Positions 27,976 to 37,621 are shown, counted from the stretch's first letter. The stretch is 64,000 nucleotides of DNA from Sodaliphilus sp. (GCA_963660435.1 CAVKYI010000009.1:371-64370); one strand, 5' to 3'. Notes: a model not told the origin generated them from the letters alone. Numbers and translations are program-made.

Positions 27976-28733
27976 AGCGACTTATCCCCGTAGCGATCTT
28001 CCCGCGCCTCCAGCTCCCTAGAGGAATAGCCGCTGCGAATTCTCCGCAAAACAATTCGCCGTGAATTTTCGTCGAACGAAAAATCGATGCGAAACGTCCG
28101 GAAGGCAAGTTCCGCCGTTTGCGTCGAGGCATCTAGCCGAATGCGACGCCGGGTCGCATCGAGCGGATTTGTCGAGAGCTGGCATTTCGCAAATCCCAGC
28201 AGATCGAGACCGCTTGCGAAATCGAGCCAGGCGCTCTGGCCCAGAAATTCATCCGTCGCCTCGACATTCCAAGATTCCAGAGCCTGTTCATCCACCCACC
28301 CCGCCCGCGCATTCGGAAACGCGTCCGCTTCCGGGATGTAGGGCTTGATATCCAGGATCGGCGTTTCGTTCAGCAAGTCCGAATTTTCGACGCAAAGCGA
28401 AAGCCTTTCCACGGAAACGAGCCGGACGCAGGAAAGCCCGATTGGATTTGGACGATACGGTCCGCGCGACGCGAAAATTCCCACGCGCTCGTGATCCCGC
28501 GGAGGAACGGGAGGTCGCGTGGTAGCCCGCCAACCCGTATTTCGATGAAAGACAAAGATTATCCACAGTCGTTCAAAGCCGGCAATGTCGCGCAACGCCT
28601 CTTCAAAGCCCCGATGCGGAAAAAGTTCGATTCTTCCGGAACGCGCGCCGTCAAAAACGCCCTGGCGCGGCACTTCGTACTTGTAAGACGCCTTGGAATA
28701 AAAGGTTCCGATCGGTTCTAGGGAAATCGCCAT
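27930..28733 (-). CDS. trmO: tRNA (N6-threonylcarbamoyladenosine(37)-N6)-methyltransferase TrmO/TsaA family
   Basis: LEPIGTFYS..YEVPRQG, ERLWIIFVFHRN, GIFASRGPYRPNPIGLSCVRL. Its 3' end overlaps the Fur-family gene by 46 nt (convergent). Confidence 0.8.
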   Translation of the reverse strand: MAISLEPIGTFYSKASYKYEVPRQGVFDGARSGRIELFPHRGFEEALRDIAGFERLWIIFVFHRNTGWRATTRPPVPPRDHERVGIFASRGPYRPNPIGLSCVRLVSVERLSLCVENSDLLNETPILDIKPYIPEADAFPNARAGWVDEQALESWNVEATDEFLGQSAWLDFASGLDLLGFAKCQLSTNPLDATRRRIRLDASTQTAELAFRTFRIDFSFDENSRRIVLRRIRSGYSSRELEAREDRYGDKSLHREFLLHFAQSPKA

Positions 28734-28777
28734 GGGTTTTCTCGCAAAAATAAGTATTTTTCCGGTTGGAGATCTTT

Positions 28778-29173
28778 ATGAAGTCAGCGTTCGAATTTCT
28801 GAGAAAAGCCGGAGTCTTCTATATCGCGACTCTCGACGGCGAAAAGCCAAGGCTCCGCCCTTTCGGAGTTGTCGCGAGTTTCAAGGGCCATCTATACATT
28901 TGCACCAAGGACGACAAGGACTGTTTTCGCCAGATGGAACAGAATCCTCGGGTCGAAATCGCGACAATGCTCGGCGAGGACTGGATTCGCGTCACCGGGG
29001 AAATCGTCCGGGACGAAGACCCGAAGGCAAAGAAAGCCGTTCTAGACCAGAATCCACACGTCAAGGACATCTACTCCGCAGACGATCCGCATTTCGCCGT
29101 CCTCTACTTTCAAAGGGCACATGCCGACATCTATCGTTCCATCGGAAAAATCGAAGCGGTTCCTCTGCTGTAG
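28778..29173 (+). CDS. pyridoxamine 5'-phosphate oxidase-family (FMN-binding split-barrel) protein
   Basis: FLRKAGVFYIATLDGEKPRLRPFG...LYICTKDDKDCFRQMEQNPRVEI. ATG 28778 has a GGAG RBS; the track start 28766 is TTG. Confidence 0.7.
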   Translation: MKSAFEFLRKAGVFYIATLDGEKPRLRPFGVVASFKGHLYICTKDDKDCFRQMEQNPRVEIATMLGEDWIRVTGEIVRDEDPKAKKAVLDQNPHVKDIYSADDPHFAVLYFQRAHADIYRSIGKIEAVPLL

Positions 29174-29188
29174 ACGAAAGGACTGGCA

Positions 29189-30001
29189 TCATTCGTCCTT
29201 GCAGCGGATGGCGGCGCCGGTCGCATAGCCCTGGATGAACGACGGATTCCGTACCGTTCGCCGCAAGAGCTGTTCAAAGGTGAAATGCGACTTGAGTTCC
29301 TTCACGATGCAGCGACAGACCGTTTTCGAGGCAACCGTTTCGCAGGAATCCATCAGGAATTTTTCCATTTCCGGCGTAAACGCCTTGGGCATACACGGCA
29401 AGAAAGTTTCGAGTACGAGCGAATCGTTGATAGTCCCGCCGCTTGACAGGCGAAGCAGCTTTTCGACATTTCCTTCCGAAACGAGTTTTCCATATGCGCA
29501 GCGGCAGCTTTTTTGCGCCTGCTCGTTTCCAAAATAGGCTCGGAACTCGACGGAACACTCCGCGAGAAAGACATCCCTGTATTCGGGGGATTCCAGAAGC
29601 GCGCTGACGATTCCCGAAGCGAAATCGGGATCAAGCCCCAGAACCTCGAGAGCCGCGAGTTCTTCCGCAGAAAGCGCAGTCGCGCCTTCCGTAGCGTCTT
29701 CGCTCACCGCCAGCGAACCGATCGACATTCCCGATTTCATCTGCGCATCGCATTCCTTCGAAGCGTTTCCTATAAATTCAGCATATCCCAGGTCCGAGTG
29801 GCCGCGGCGCATTTTCAGTTCGATTGCGTCGATCTGCTTCTGGGAATATTTCCTTTCGACTTTTCCAAAAACGCATTCGCAAAATTCCGTCGAAGAGCCT
29901 CCGTTTTCGCAACTGGAGATAAAGTTCAAGCGAACATTTTCGGAAAGCGCGCCAAAGGAAAGAACCGCGCAAAAAATCAGGAAAAAGCAGAATTTCTTCA
30001 T
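29189..30001 (-). CDS. hypothetical secreted Cys-rich protein with three internal repeats
   Basis: Signal peptide MKKFCFFLIFCAVLSFGALS. Three copies of an F..(S/E)C...x(n)...C(E/R)C..(G)K(V/L)....(Q/K)..(I/L)L module. Confidence 0.55.
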   Translation of the reverse strand: MKKFCFFLIFCAVLSFGALSENVRLNFISSCENGGSSTEFCECVFGKVERKYSQKQIDAIELKMRRGHSDLGYAEFIGNASKECDAQMKSGMSIGSLAVSEDATEGATALSAEELAALEVLGLDPDFASGIVSALLESPEYRDVFLAECSVEFRAYFGNEQAQKSCRCAYGKLVSEGNVEKLLRLSSGGTINDSLVLETFLPCMPKAFTPEMEKFLMDSCETVASKTVCRCIVKELKSHFTFEQLLRRTVRNPSFIQGYATGAAIRCKDE

Positions 30002-30013
30002 TGTCCGAGGTCC

Positions 30014-31738
30014 TCACTTTTCGGGTTTCGGCGGATTTTCAAGCCGCAACAGGGCCATTGCGATATCTTCTTCGCGCGGCAATTCGGAATCCTTCGAAAA
30101 TCCTTGCGGCAAGCGTCGGAATCCGACATTTTTCACTTGGGCATGGAGTCTGCGGATCGCTTCGTCCGCCGGCATGTCCGTGGCATTCTGCAATAGGTTC
30201 AAAAGGAAAAGCCCGAGTCCGCTGAGCGTAGCCGTCCGCGAAAACGGGAACAGCGCGCGCAAATCCGCACGGACATAGCCAATCGAAAGCTCCGAACCGC
30301 GAAGGCGTACCTTCACCTGACGCTCCACCGGTCCGCGAGGTTTCAGCCCGGGAGTCAGATCTCTCGCAATGTCTAGAAGGCTGCGACACCTGAAATCGCC
30401 AAAGGGCGGAAGGTTTTCGAGCGCAGGCTGTGCGGAATTTCTGGCGGAAATTCGGCGCGCCTTTTCGGAGGCGTCCACCGGGCGATAGTTTTTCATCACG
30501 AGGACCGTGTCCGCAATATGCAGATAGTCCCCGCATGCTCCGACGACAATTACCATGTTCACGCCCAAAGCCTTTAGTTCCATGGCGCGATCCGACAACG
30601 GAATCAGCGGTTCGTCCTTTTCGCCGACAAGCTCCCGCATCCGGGAATCCCGAATCAGGAAGTTTACCGCCGAAGCGTCTTCGTCGATGAAAAGCGTTTT
30701 CGCTCCGAATTCGAGAGCTTCGACAAGATTTGCCGCTTCGCTTGTCGAACCCGATGCCGAACGCGTCCGAAACGATTTCGTCGAAACGCCAAACGGAAGT
30801 TCCCGGACAAACGGTTCGATGCGCGTTCCCTTTACAACGCGACCCGGTTCCGCGGCAATCCGCACAGCCGACGGATCGGCGACAACCCATTCCCGCCCAT
30901 CGCCCGCCACATGCGGCACGACGGACTTCTCCAAGGCAGAGAGAAGTGTCGATTTTCCGTGGTAGGCTCCGCCCGCGATGACCGTTATCCCGCGGGGAAT
31001 CGCCATACCCGAAATCTTTTTGCCCTGCACTTCGACGGTCCGCAAAAATTCCGCCGGCGATTCAAAAGGGAGTGCGTCTTTTTTCGGAAGATCGCTCGAA
31101 CCGGATTCCCGCGGAAGAATCGCGCCGTTCGGTACAAAGGCGACCCATCCCTTTTCGTCAAGGATCCTTAAAAGTTCTTCGCGAATTTCCAGGGATTCGA
31201 TGTGGCGTTTCGCCTCGGAGCGATCTTCGTCCCGGCTCAGATAAAGAGCCATCAGCAAGTCGGGAATCGTCGAAGTCAAAAGCCCGCAAGCCGCTTCCAC
31301 GTCGATTCGGCGCTTGTCCCCGGGGAGTTCCACGGAAAGAATCGTCTCGACTACCGCCACACCGCCGTTCTCCGCCGGTCCGCCGACCCAAAGCGCATTT
31401 CTCGCGAGGATTTCCTCGCCCGGAACGCAAACCTTCACAGAAAAGGAATCCTCCCCGGAGCGTTCTTCGATTTCCGCACAGAGTTTCCGCAAGAGAAAGT
31501 CCGAAAGCGCCAAGCGTTTCACGGGAAAATTTCCCCATTCCGCAGGAATTCCCAGTTTCTCCAGAGGCGCCTTGAACCTGAGCCGCGACGCCGGCGCAAA
31601 GGGATCGCCCTGCACATGGATAAATTCCAGCTCGAAATCCCCGAAATTCCAGGATTTTCCGCATAGGCTCTTGTACAGGCCGTAGTTTTTGCCCGTAAAC
31701 GTTCGCAATTTTTGGTAGAGATCTTTCATTTCCTTCAA
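30014..31738 (-). CDS. ABC-ATPase domain protein (predicted ATPase of the ABC class)
   Basis: N-terminus YGLYKSLCGKSWNFGDFELEFIHVQGDPFAPASRLRF. P-loop VIAGGAYHGKSTLLSALE. Walker B LFIDEDASAVNF. Confidence 0.75.
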   Translation of the reverse strand: MKEMKDLYQKLRTFTGKNYGLYKSLCGKSWNFGDFELEFIHVQGDPFAPASRLRFKAPLEKLGIPAEWGNFPVKRLALSDFLLRKLCAEIEERSGEDSFSVKVCVPGEEILARNALWVGGPAENGGVAVVETILSVELPGDKRRIDVEAACGLLTSTIPDLLMALYLSRDEDRSEAKRHIESLEIREELLRILDEKGWVAFVPNGAILPRESGSSDLPKKDALPFESPAEFLRTVEVQGKKISGMAIPRGITVIAGGAYHGKSTLLSALEKSVVPHVAGDGREWVVADPSAVRIAAEPGRVVKGTRIEPFVRELPFGVSTKSFRTRSASGSTSEAANLVEALEFGAKTLFIDEDASAVNFLIRDSRMRELVGEKDEPLIPLSDRAMELKALGVNMVIVVGACGDYLHIADTVLVMKNYRPVDASEKARRISARNSAQPALENLPPFGDFRCRSLLDIARDLTPGLKPRGPVERQVKVRLRGSELSIGYVRADLRALFPFSRTATLSGLGLFLLNLLQNATDMPADEAIRRLHAQVKNVGFRRLPQGFSKDSELPREEDIAMALLRLENPPKPEK

Positions 31739-31830
31739 AAATTACAATTTATGGAGATATTTTTTTAACGAAACATCCACCGGGCATCATTTTCTTTATA
31801 TCTTAATATCCGACAGAAAAGGAGTTTTCC

Positions 31831-32373
31831 ATGAAGTTTTTTTCAAGATTCTTGACACTCAGCGCCATCACGATTTCTTTTTCGGCAGTTGCCGCCATGG
31901 CCGAAGAACCTCCCCCTCGCGACCAGCCCGCTAACGTGACGATTCTCACGGAGCCGCCAAACAGCGAAGTCTATCTCGGCGGCGAGCTCCTGGGCAAGAG
32001 TCCTATCGAAAACCGCACGGTCAAATCCGGACGCCAGACGCTAATCGTCGTCGATCAGGGATACGAACTGGTCAACCAGCGCGTGAACATTTGGCCGGGA
32101 AACGACAAGCGCAACTCGTTTAACTTCGGCACGGTAATTCCCAAGGGCAATATCGAAGTGACGACGGTTCCGGGCAAGTGCATCATTTATGTCGATGGAG
32201 ACAACGCCGACAAGACGGACGGTGCTTCGCTTACCGTTCAAAACCTAGACGCCGGCGACCACATGATCCGCGCCGAATGCAACAACGGTCGCGCCGCCGA
32301 AAAGCTCGTGAAAGTCGAAGGCGAAAAAACCGTCAAGGTGACAATCGACGCGAGCAAGGGCAAGAGATATTGA
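31831..32373 (+). CDS. PEGA-domain secreted protein
   Basis: Signal peptide. Two PEGA-like modules (ILTEPPNSEVYLGGELLGKSPI; VTTVPGKCIIYVDGDNADKTDG...LDAGDHMIRAE). Confidence 0.7.
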   Translation: MKFFSRFLTLSAITISFSAVAAMAEEPPPRDQPANVTILTEPPNSEVYLGGELLGKSPIENRTVKSGRQTLIVVDQGYELVNQRVNIWPGNDKRNSFNFGTVIPKGNIEVTTVPGKCIIYVDGDNADKTDGASLTVQNLDAGDHMIRAECNNGRAAEKLVKVEGEKTVKVTIDASKGKRY

Positions 32374-32393
32374 TACATCTCTTTCCGCAAGCG

Positions 32394-32427
32394 AGAAAGT
32401 TCCGCTCCAAGCGGAACTTTCTTTTTC
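32394..32427 (+). terminator. intrinsic terminator of the PEGA gene
   Basis: Perfect 12-bp stem AGAAAGTTCCGC / GCGGAACTTTCT, loop TCCAA, then a T-run. Confidence 0.7.
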
Positions 32428-32446
32428 GGGAAATTTAAAACGAAAA

Positions 32447-32471
32447 GACGGATGAAACCATCCGCCTTTTT
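32447..32471. terminator. bidirectional hairpin terminator downstream of tRNA-Cys
   Basis: GACGGATG-AAAC-CATCCGCC flanked by an A-run (left) and a T-run (right). On the minus strand it follows tRNA-Cys and is followed by TTTTCGTTTT. Confidence 0.5.
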
Positions 32472-32473
32472 CG

Positions 32474-32546
32474 AGGCAACGCTCAGACTCGAACTGAGGA
32501 ATGGGGCTTTTGCAGAGCCGTCCCTTACCAACTTGGGTACGTCGCC
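32474..32546 (-). tRNA. tRNA-Cys (anticodon GCA)
   Basis: Hand-folded cloverleaf. Acceptor GGCGACG/CGTTGCC. T-arm CTCAG-TTCGAGT-CTGAG. Anticodon loop CTGCAAA. A13:A22 mismatch and U73 discriminator as in known tRNA-Cys. No encoded CCA. Confidence 0.9.
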
Positions 32547-32585
32547 AGATAGCCCAATAATAGGAATTATTTTTAATTTTCCAAG

Positions 32586-33134
32586 GTGATGGCCGGCAAA
32601 CTTTCCATAAAAAAGCGTTTTTTTTGCAAGATTCTGAAATTTTGGATGAAAAGCCTGCGAATTTCATGGGAAAATCCCGAAATTTCGCACGGACCGGGAA
32701 TCTTGGCCATCTGGCACAGGGATCTTTTCGCGGCGACAGCGGCCTTCCGGAAAAGAGGGATCGCCGCATTCATCTCTCCTAGCGGTGACGGCGAATTTCT
32801 CGCGAAAATAGCCTCGGACCTAGGGTACAGGATCGTTCGCGGGTCAAGTTCCGAAAGGGCGTTCCACATCCGGGAAGTTCTCCGGTCGCTCCAAGCAGGG
32901 AATCTTTGCGCCATGGCGCTCGACGGTCCGAAAGGCCCTGCGGGAATCGCAAAGCCCGGAACCAGGTGGTTGTCGGAACAATCCGGACGTCCCTGTTTCC
33001 TTATCGAAATCCGTTACGGGAGGCACTTTTCCCTCGCGAGCTGGGACAGGGCAAAAGTCCCCCTTCCCTTTTCCAAAGTCATCGTGCAAATCCGAAAAAT
33101 GTCATTTTTGACAGAATCTTTAATCTATTTTTGA
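32586..33134 (+). CDS. DUF374-family protein (lysophospholipid acyltransferase-like, Kdo-transferase associated)
   Basis: ILAIWHRDLFAATAAF..GIAAFISPSGDGEFLAKIASDLGYRIVRGSS...AMALDGPKGPAG. Confidence 0.7.
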   Translation: MMAGKLSIKKRFFCKILKFWMKSLRISWENPEISHGPGILAIWHRDLFAATAAFRKRGIAAFISPSGDGEFLAKIASDLGYRIVRGSSSERAFHIREVLRSLQAGNLCAMALDGPKGPAGIAKPGTRWLSEQSGRPCFLIEIRYGRHFSLASWDRAKVPLPFSKVIVQIRKMSFLTESLIYF

Positions 33135-33162
33135 TCCTTGACACCGCATCCCGGAGAAACCC

Positions 33163-33813
33163 GTGCTTTATTCAACCTTTGTCGCCTTTGACCTGGAAAC
33201 CACCGGACTATTTAACAACAAGCATGAAATCGTTGAAATCGGAGCTGTCAAGTTCACGGTCTATGACGATGGCGGAATCATCCGTCCCAAGGAAATTTCC
33301 ACCTTCCAGACGCTAGTCAAGCCGCCGATGATGATACCCGACGAAGCGACTCGCATCAACCATATCACGAACGCGATGGTCGAAAACGCGCCTCCGATAA
33401 GCGACGCCTTGCGAAAATTCACCATTTTCTGCGGACAGTCCGCGATACTTGTCGCTCACAACGCCGACTTCGACACCGGATTCTTGCACGTCGCCTACAC
33501 AAAGCACCCGCAGATCCTGCCGGGGAACCCGATTGTCGATAGCCTGCGCATCGCAAAGTCCATCTTGCCGGAACTCAAAAGCCACAAACTTGGGGATCTC
33601 GCCCATATGTTCCAGCGCATCAAGGGACAAATCCGCCTATCCATCAACAACGAGGAAATGCACCGCGCGGTCTATGACTGCGAAATGCTGATGGAAGTCT
33701 TTGTCGCGCTTCTCCGTCGAAGGATCCGCAAGGAAGACTGGGATATTTCCCGAATTCTTCCGGCCATCCAGAAGAACGGCTCCTCCCCCGCCTACCTGAC
33801 CAAGATGAAGTAG
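33163..33813 (+). CDS. DEDDh 3'-5' exonuclease (DnaQ/epsilon-like)
   Basis: ExoI FVAFDLETTGL, ExoII LVAHNADFDTGFL, ExoIII HRAVYDCEML. GTG start. Confidence 0.85.
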   Translation: MLYSTFVAFDLETTGLFNNKHEIVEIGAVKFTVYDDGGIIRPKEISTFQTLVKPPMMIPDEATRINHITNAMVENAPPISDALRKFTIFCGQSAILVAHNADFDTGFLHVAYTKHPQILPGNPIVDSLRIAKSILPELKSHKLGDLAHMFQRIKGQIRLSINNEEMHRAVYDCEMLMEVFVALLRRRIRKEDWDISRILPAIQKNGSSPAYLTKMK

Positions 33814-33817
33814 GCAA

Positions 33818-34219
33818 TTCAGAGATTAGCTAAGAGAGCTTGGAGCTTAGAGCCGCAAAGCGGGCTGTTTCTTTCAACCGAAAGGCTTTCAACGTTACAC
33901 GCCTAGGATTTTGTCACCAAGCGAACAGTTTCCGCCTCTCGGCGGAGAGTGCGCCCGTCTGCCGACAGGCAGGCCTTCCCGGCGATGGGCAAGGTAGGGG
34001 GACCTTTCCGAGTTGCGAAGGCCAAGGTCCCCCTACCTTGCATCCACCCTGTCATTCTGGAGCGGAGCGATAGAAACAGCCACGCTTGTTTTAGAGGTTT
34101 CGGTTTACGGTCATTCTGGAAGGGCCAAAGGCCCTGATAGAATCCATTCCTAGTGTTTCTTTTGAAATGGATCCTACCTGCCTGCCCGCAGCAGGCGGGC
34201 CTGTCGGCAGACAGGTCGC
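33818..34219. repeat. composite interspersed repeat element, copy A (about 400 nt)
   Basis: Colinear with 37212-37544 apart from presence/absence of whole hairpin modules. Contains a perfect 16-bp hairpin gcaaggtagggggacc...ggtccccctaccttgc (about 33989-34041). Confidence 0.85.
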
Positions 34220-34363
34220 TTAACGAATACTCCACTCTCCATGTTTCTTTGAATTTTTGCGTCCCGTCCCGCCCCTCCCCCAAAAAAACTTTTCCTTTGT
34301 CCTTGCCTTAGAGCAAACTCTAAGTCTTATATTTCTAGACACACACTCCATACGAGGAAAACG

Positions 34364-35578
34364 ATGAAAAAAGGATGGCTAATCATGAGTATCTTCGGAT
34401 TGACAGCGGCATTTTCCGGGTGCAACACGCCGGAACAGAACTCGCAAGCCTTTTCCGAGGATGCGGAAATTTACGAAGTTCTCGAAAACATGACCGAACG
34501 GGAAGTTCCCAAAAAGACGCCGATCGTCGCCTCGAAAGAACGCGCCCTGGTCTCGGTCGTATCGCTCACCGTCCAGCAATCGGGAACGCTTCTTGCCGAA
34601 CAAATCGAGAAAACGCTTGACAAAAAGATTCTTTCCGCAGAAGAAATTCTCGAAGCCGTTTACCAGTGTGCGCCTTACAGCGGTCTTTCCCGCGCCGCGG
34701 ACGCCGCCGAAGTGGCAAGAGCCGTTTTCAAGCGCAAAGGGATTTCCGTCCAGGCAAACCGCCAAACGACCGACGGTTCCGCAGAAAACCGCTTTGAAAA
34801 AGGTGTCGATGCGCAGATTTCCCTATTCGGGGAAAGATTCGAACAGATAAAAAAATCCGGAAAGGATAACGTTCCGCACTCAAACTACTTTCTCGCCACG
34901 AACTGTTTCGGCGATTACTACACGCGCAAAGGTCTCGACCTGAACACCCGGGAACTTCTCACGATGGCGATTCTCGTAAACCTCGGAACGGAACCGCAGC
35001 TCAAGTCGCACATCGACGCGAATCTCGCCCAAGGCCGTTCTCGCGAATACCTCGAGCAGATTATCTACGTCTGCCTTCCTTTCTGCGGATATCCCCGGAT
35101 GCTGAACGCCCTGGCCTGCCTGAAGGAAGTCGTCGAAGCGAAGATTGGAACGACTCCGGACAAAGGTCTTGAAAGCCTCGCCAACGCCGAACGGATTTTT
35201 CCGCGAGGCGAAAAGAATCCGTTCGGGAAATTTTTCAAGGGACAATCCTACCTGCAGCGCCTAAGCGAAAAAGGCCTCTCTGTAGCAAACGTCACATTTG
35301 AACCGGGATGCCGCAACAAGTGGCACATTCATCACGCCGGCGGACAGCTTCTTATCGTCACCGCAGGCGAAGGATGGCTCCAGTTCGAAGGCGAGCCGGC
35401 AACAAGGCTCCGGGCAGGCGACGCCGTGTACATTCCAAAAGATGTCAAGCATTGGCACGGAGCGTCAAAGGATTCCTGGTTCGCGCATCTTTCCGTCGAA
35501 ATTCCCGACCCGACAGCTTCCGGCAAGGGCAACGAATGGCTCGAAGACGTTTCTGACGAAGATTACAATCGTCTCTAA
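34364..35578 (+). CDS. lipoprotein with carboxymuconolactone decarboxylase-like domains and a C-terminal cupin
   Basis: Lipobox TAAFSGC. CMD-like segments (CAPYSGLSRA; CLPFCGYPRMLNA). Cupin GCRNKWHIHHAGGQLLIVTAGEGW...GDAVYIPKDVKHWHGA. Confidence 0.7.
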   Translation: MKKGWLIMSIFGLTAAFSGCNTPEQNSQAFSEDAEIYEVLENMTEREVPKKTPIVASKERALVSVVSLTVQQSGTLLAEQIEKTLDKKILSAEEILEAVYQCAPYSGLSRAADAAEVARAVFKRKGISVQANRQTTDGSAENRFEKGVDAQISLFGERFEQIKKSGKDNVPHSNYFLATNCFGDYYTRKGLDLNTRELLTMAILVNLGTEPQLKSHIDANLAQGRSREYLEQIIYVCLPFCGYPRMLNALACLKEVVEAKIGTTPDKGLESLANAERIFPRGEKNPFGKFFKGQSYLQRLSEKGLSVANVTFEPGCRNKWHIHHAGGQLLIVTAGEGWLQFEGEPATRLRAGDAVYIPKDVKHWHGASKDSWFAHLSVEIPDPTASGKGNEWLEDVSDEDYNRL

Positions 35579-35643
35579 ATTTTTTCAAAAAAGACAGCAG
35601 TGCGGACCGCTTCGAAACGGTCCGTTTTTGTATCTTTGTAGCA

Positions 35644-37101
35644 ATGCTTTTTCTACTCATCGCCCTGCTGATCGTCGCTTCGATTTTCGCGACAAAAATT
35701 TCGGATAAAATCGGAGTTCCGGTTTTGCTGGTCTTCCTTGCCGTCGGTGTCCTCGTAGGCGCAGACGGGTTGAACCTGGTGCATTTCAACGATGCGAAAG
35801 TGACAAAGCAAATCGCCGATATCCTGCTTATCTTCATCCTTTTCGACGGCGGGTTTCGAACGACCCGTTCGGATCTGCAGCTCGTTGCGAAACCTAGCAT
35901 CATCCTCGCGACTTTTGGCGTCGCCGCAACGGCTTTTGTTCTAGGCATTTCGATACACTTTATCATGGATTACGACTGGCTCCAGTCGATGATGATTGGT
36001 TCCATTATTTCTTCGACCGATGCCGCCGCCGTCTTTCTCATCACCCGGCAAAACCCGATAAGGAAAAAGCTCGCCGCGACGCTCAATGTCGAAAGCGCGG
36101 CGAACGACCCGATGGCGATTCTCCTTACCCTCGCGTTCGTAGGGAGCCTTTCCTCGGGAGCCGATTCGTCTCCGATTCGCTTTCTCGCTTCGCTTGCCTG
36201 GCAATTTTCGGGAGGCATCATTGTCGGTTACCTGATTAGCCGCGTCGCCAAGTTTCTTTTCGACCATCTCAAGTCCGAAAATCGCGGGTATTATTACGTT
36301 CTCATCATCGGTGCGATTCTTCTCGGCTACGGGACAGCCGACGCGATTCGCGCAAACGGCATCATCGCGGTATTCTTTATGGGTTACTGGCTCGGCAATT
36401 CAGACTTTGTCGCAAAGCGCGGCGTGAGCAACTTTCTCGAAGGAGTTTCCACGTTCTGCAACATGGCGCTCTTCCTGATGCTCGGTCTCCTCGCCTTTCC
36501 GCGTAGCTTTGTACACGTCTGGAAAGAAGGCCTCCTCATTGCCGCCCTCATGATTTTCGTGGCGCGCCCCATCGCTGTCTGGCTTTCGACTTTACCCTTT
36601 AAATACACGTCCAAGGAGCGCGGATTCCTTTGCTGGGGCGGTATCAAGGGAGCGGTGCCGATCGTGCTTGCCACATATCCCGCCGCCTATGGTCTCGATC
36701 CGAGCGAATCCGTTTTCAACATCATCTTTTTCGCGGTTATCGTCAGTTGCCTATTACAGGGAAGCACGCTAGGCGTTCTCGCCCGCAAGCTGAAGCTTTC
36801 CGTGCCGAAGTCGCCCGAATCGCCGTTTTCCATGGAACTCCATTCCGTGAAACGGACCGACATGGACCTCATCGAATTCCAAGTGCTTGCGGATTCCTTC
36901 TGCGCCCAAAAGACGATCCAATCATTGAAGCTCGGTCAAGACATCGTTATCACGTCCATCACGCGGGACGCGAGGATTCTCCCTCCACGCGGCGGTGTCA
37001 AATTGCAAGCCGACGACATTCTCTACATTCTAGTCCCCATTTCCAAGCAGCACGACCTGCTCCAATACCTGGAACAGGGAATCTCCGAAACCGCGAATTA
37101 G
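35644..37101 (+). CDS. K+/H+ antiporter (CPA1, NhaP2/CvrA-like) with a C-terminal TrkA-C/RCK_C domain
   Basis: About 12 TM segments starting MLFLLIALLIVASIFATKISDKIGVPVLLVFLAVGVLVG. C-terminal soluble domain (IEFQVLADSFCAQKTIQSLKL...ITRDARILPPRGGVKLQADDILYIL). Confidence 0.85.
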   Translation: MLFLLIALLIVASIFATKISDKIGVPVLLVFLAVGVLVGADGLNLVHFNDAKVTKQIADILLIFILFDGGFRTTRSDLQLVAKPSIILATFGVAATAFVLGISIHFIMDYDWLQSMMIGSIISSTDAAAVFLITRQNPIRKKLAATLNVESAANDPMAILLTLAFVGSLSSGADSSPIRFLASLAWQFSGGIIVGYLISRVAKFLFDHLKSENRGYYYVLIIGAILLGYGTADAIRANGIIAVFFMGYWLGNSDFVAKRGVSNFLEGVSTFCNMALFLMLGLLAFPRSFVHVWKEGLLIAALMIFVARPIAVWLSTLPFKYTSKERGFLCWGGIKGAVPIVLATYPAAYGLDPSESVFNIIFFAVIVSCLLQGSTLGVLARKLKLSVPKSPESPFSMELHSVKRTDMDLIEFQVLADSFCAQKTIQSLKLGQDIVITSITRDARILPPRGGVKLQADDILYILVPISKQHDLLQYLEQGISETAN

Positions 37102-37104
37102 CCT

Positions 37105-37570
37105 GTTCAGAACTTAGTTAGGAGATCTTAGAGCTTAGAAAAGCGAAGCGATCTTCTTTCTCAACTTTAATTCTGGAGGTTCCAAAGGAACCGATAGAAT
37201 CCATCCCGATGTTCAGAGCCTAGTCGAGAAAACTTAGAGCTTAGAGTTGCAAAGCGGGCTGTTTCTTTCTGCCGAAAGGCTTTCGACATTACACGTCTAG
37301 GATTTTGTCGCCAAGCGAACGGTTTCCGCCTCTCGGCGGAGGGTGCGCCCGCCTACCCGGCGAGGGGCAAGGTAGGGGGACCTTTCCGAGTTGCGAAGGC
37401 CAAGGTCCCCCTTCCTTGCATCCACCCCCAGGGCCACGCTTTTTTAAAGGTTTCGGTTTACGGTCATTCTGGAGGTTCCAAAGGAACCGATAGAATCCAG
37501 CCCGAGCTTTATGGATTCTACCTGCCTGTCGGCAGACAGGTCGGTCGCACTGCTCCCTCCAGGATGACAT
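37105..37570. repeat. interspersed repeat modules plus composite element copy B (37212-37544)
   Basis: 37105-37165 matches 26233-26293 (57/61). 37212-37544 is colinear with 33818-34219. GTCATTCTGGAG-ggttccaaaggaacc-GATAGAATCCA module is present twice. Confidence 0.85.
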
Positions 37571-37621
37571 TGTAACGAGACGGTTCTCTCGGCCAAGAAC
37601 CGAGATAGTCGTCAAATATTT

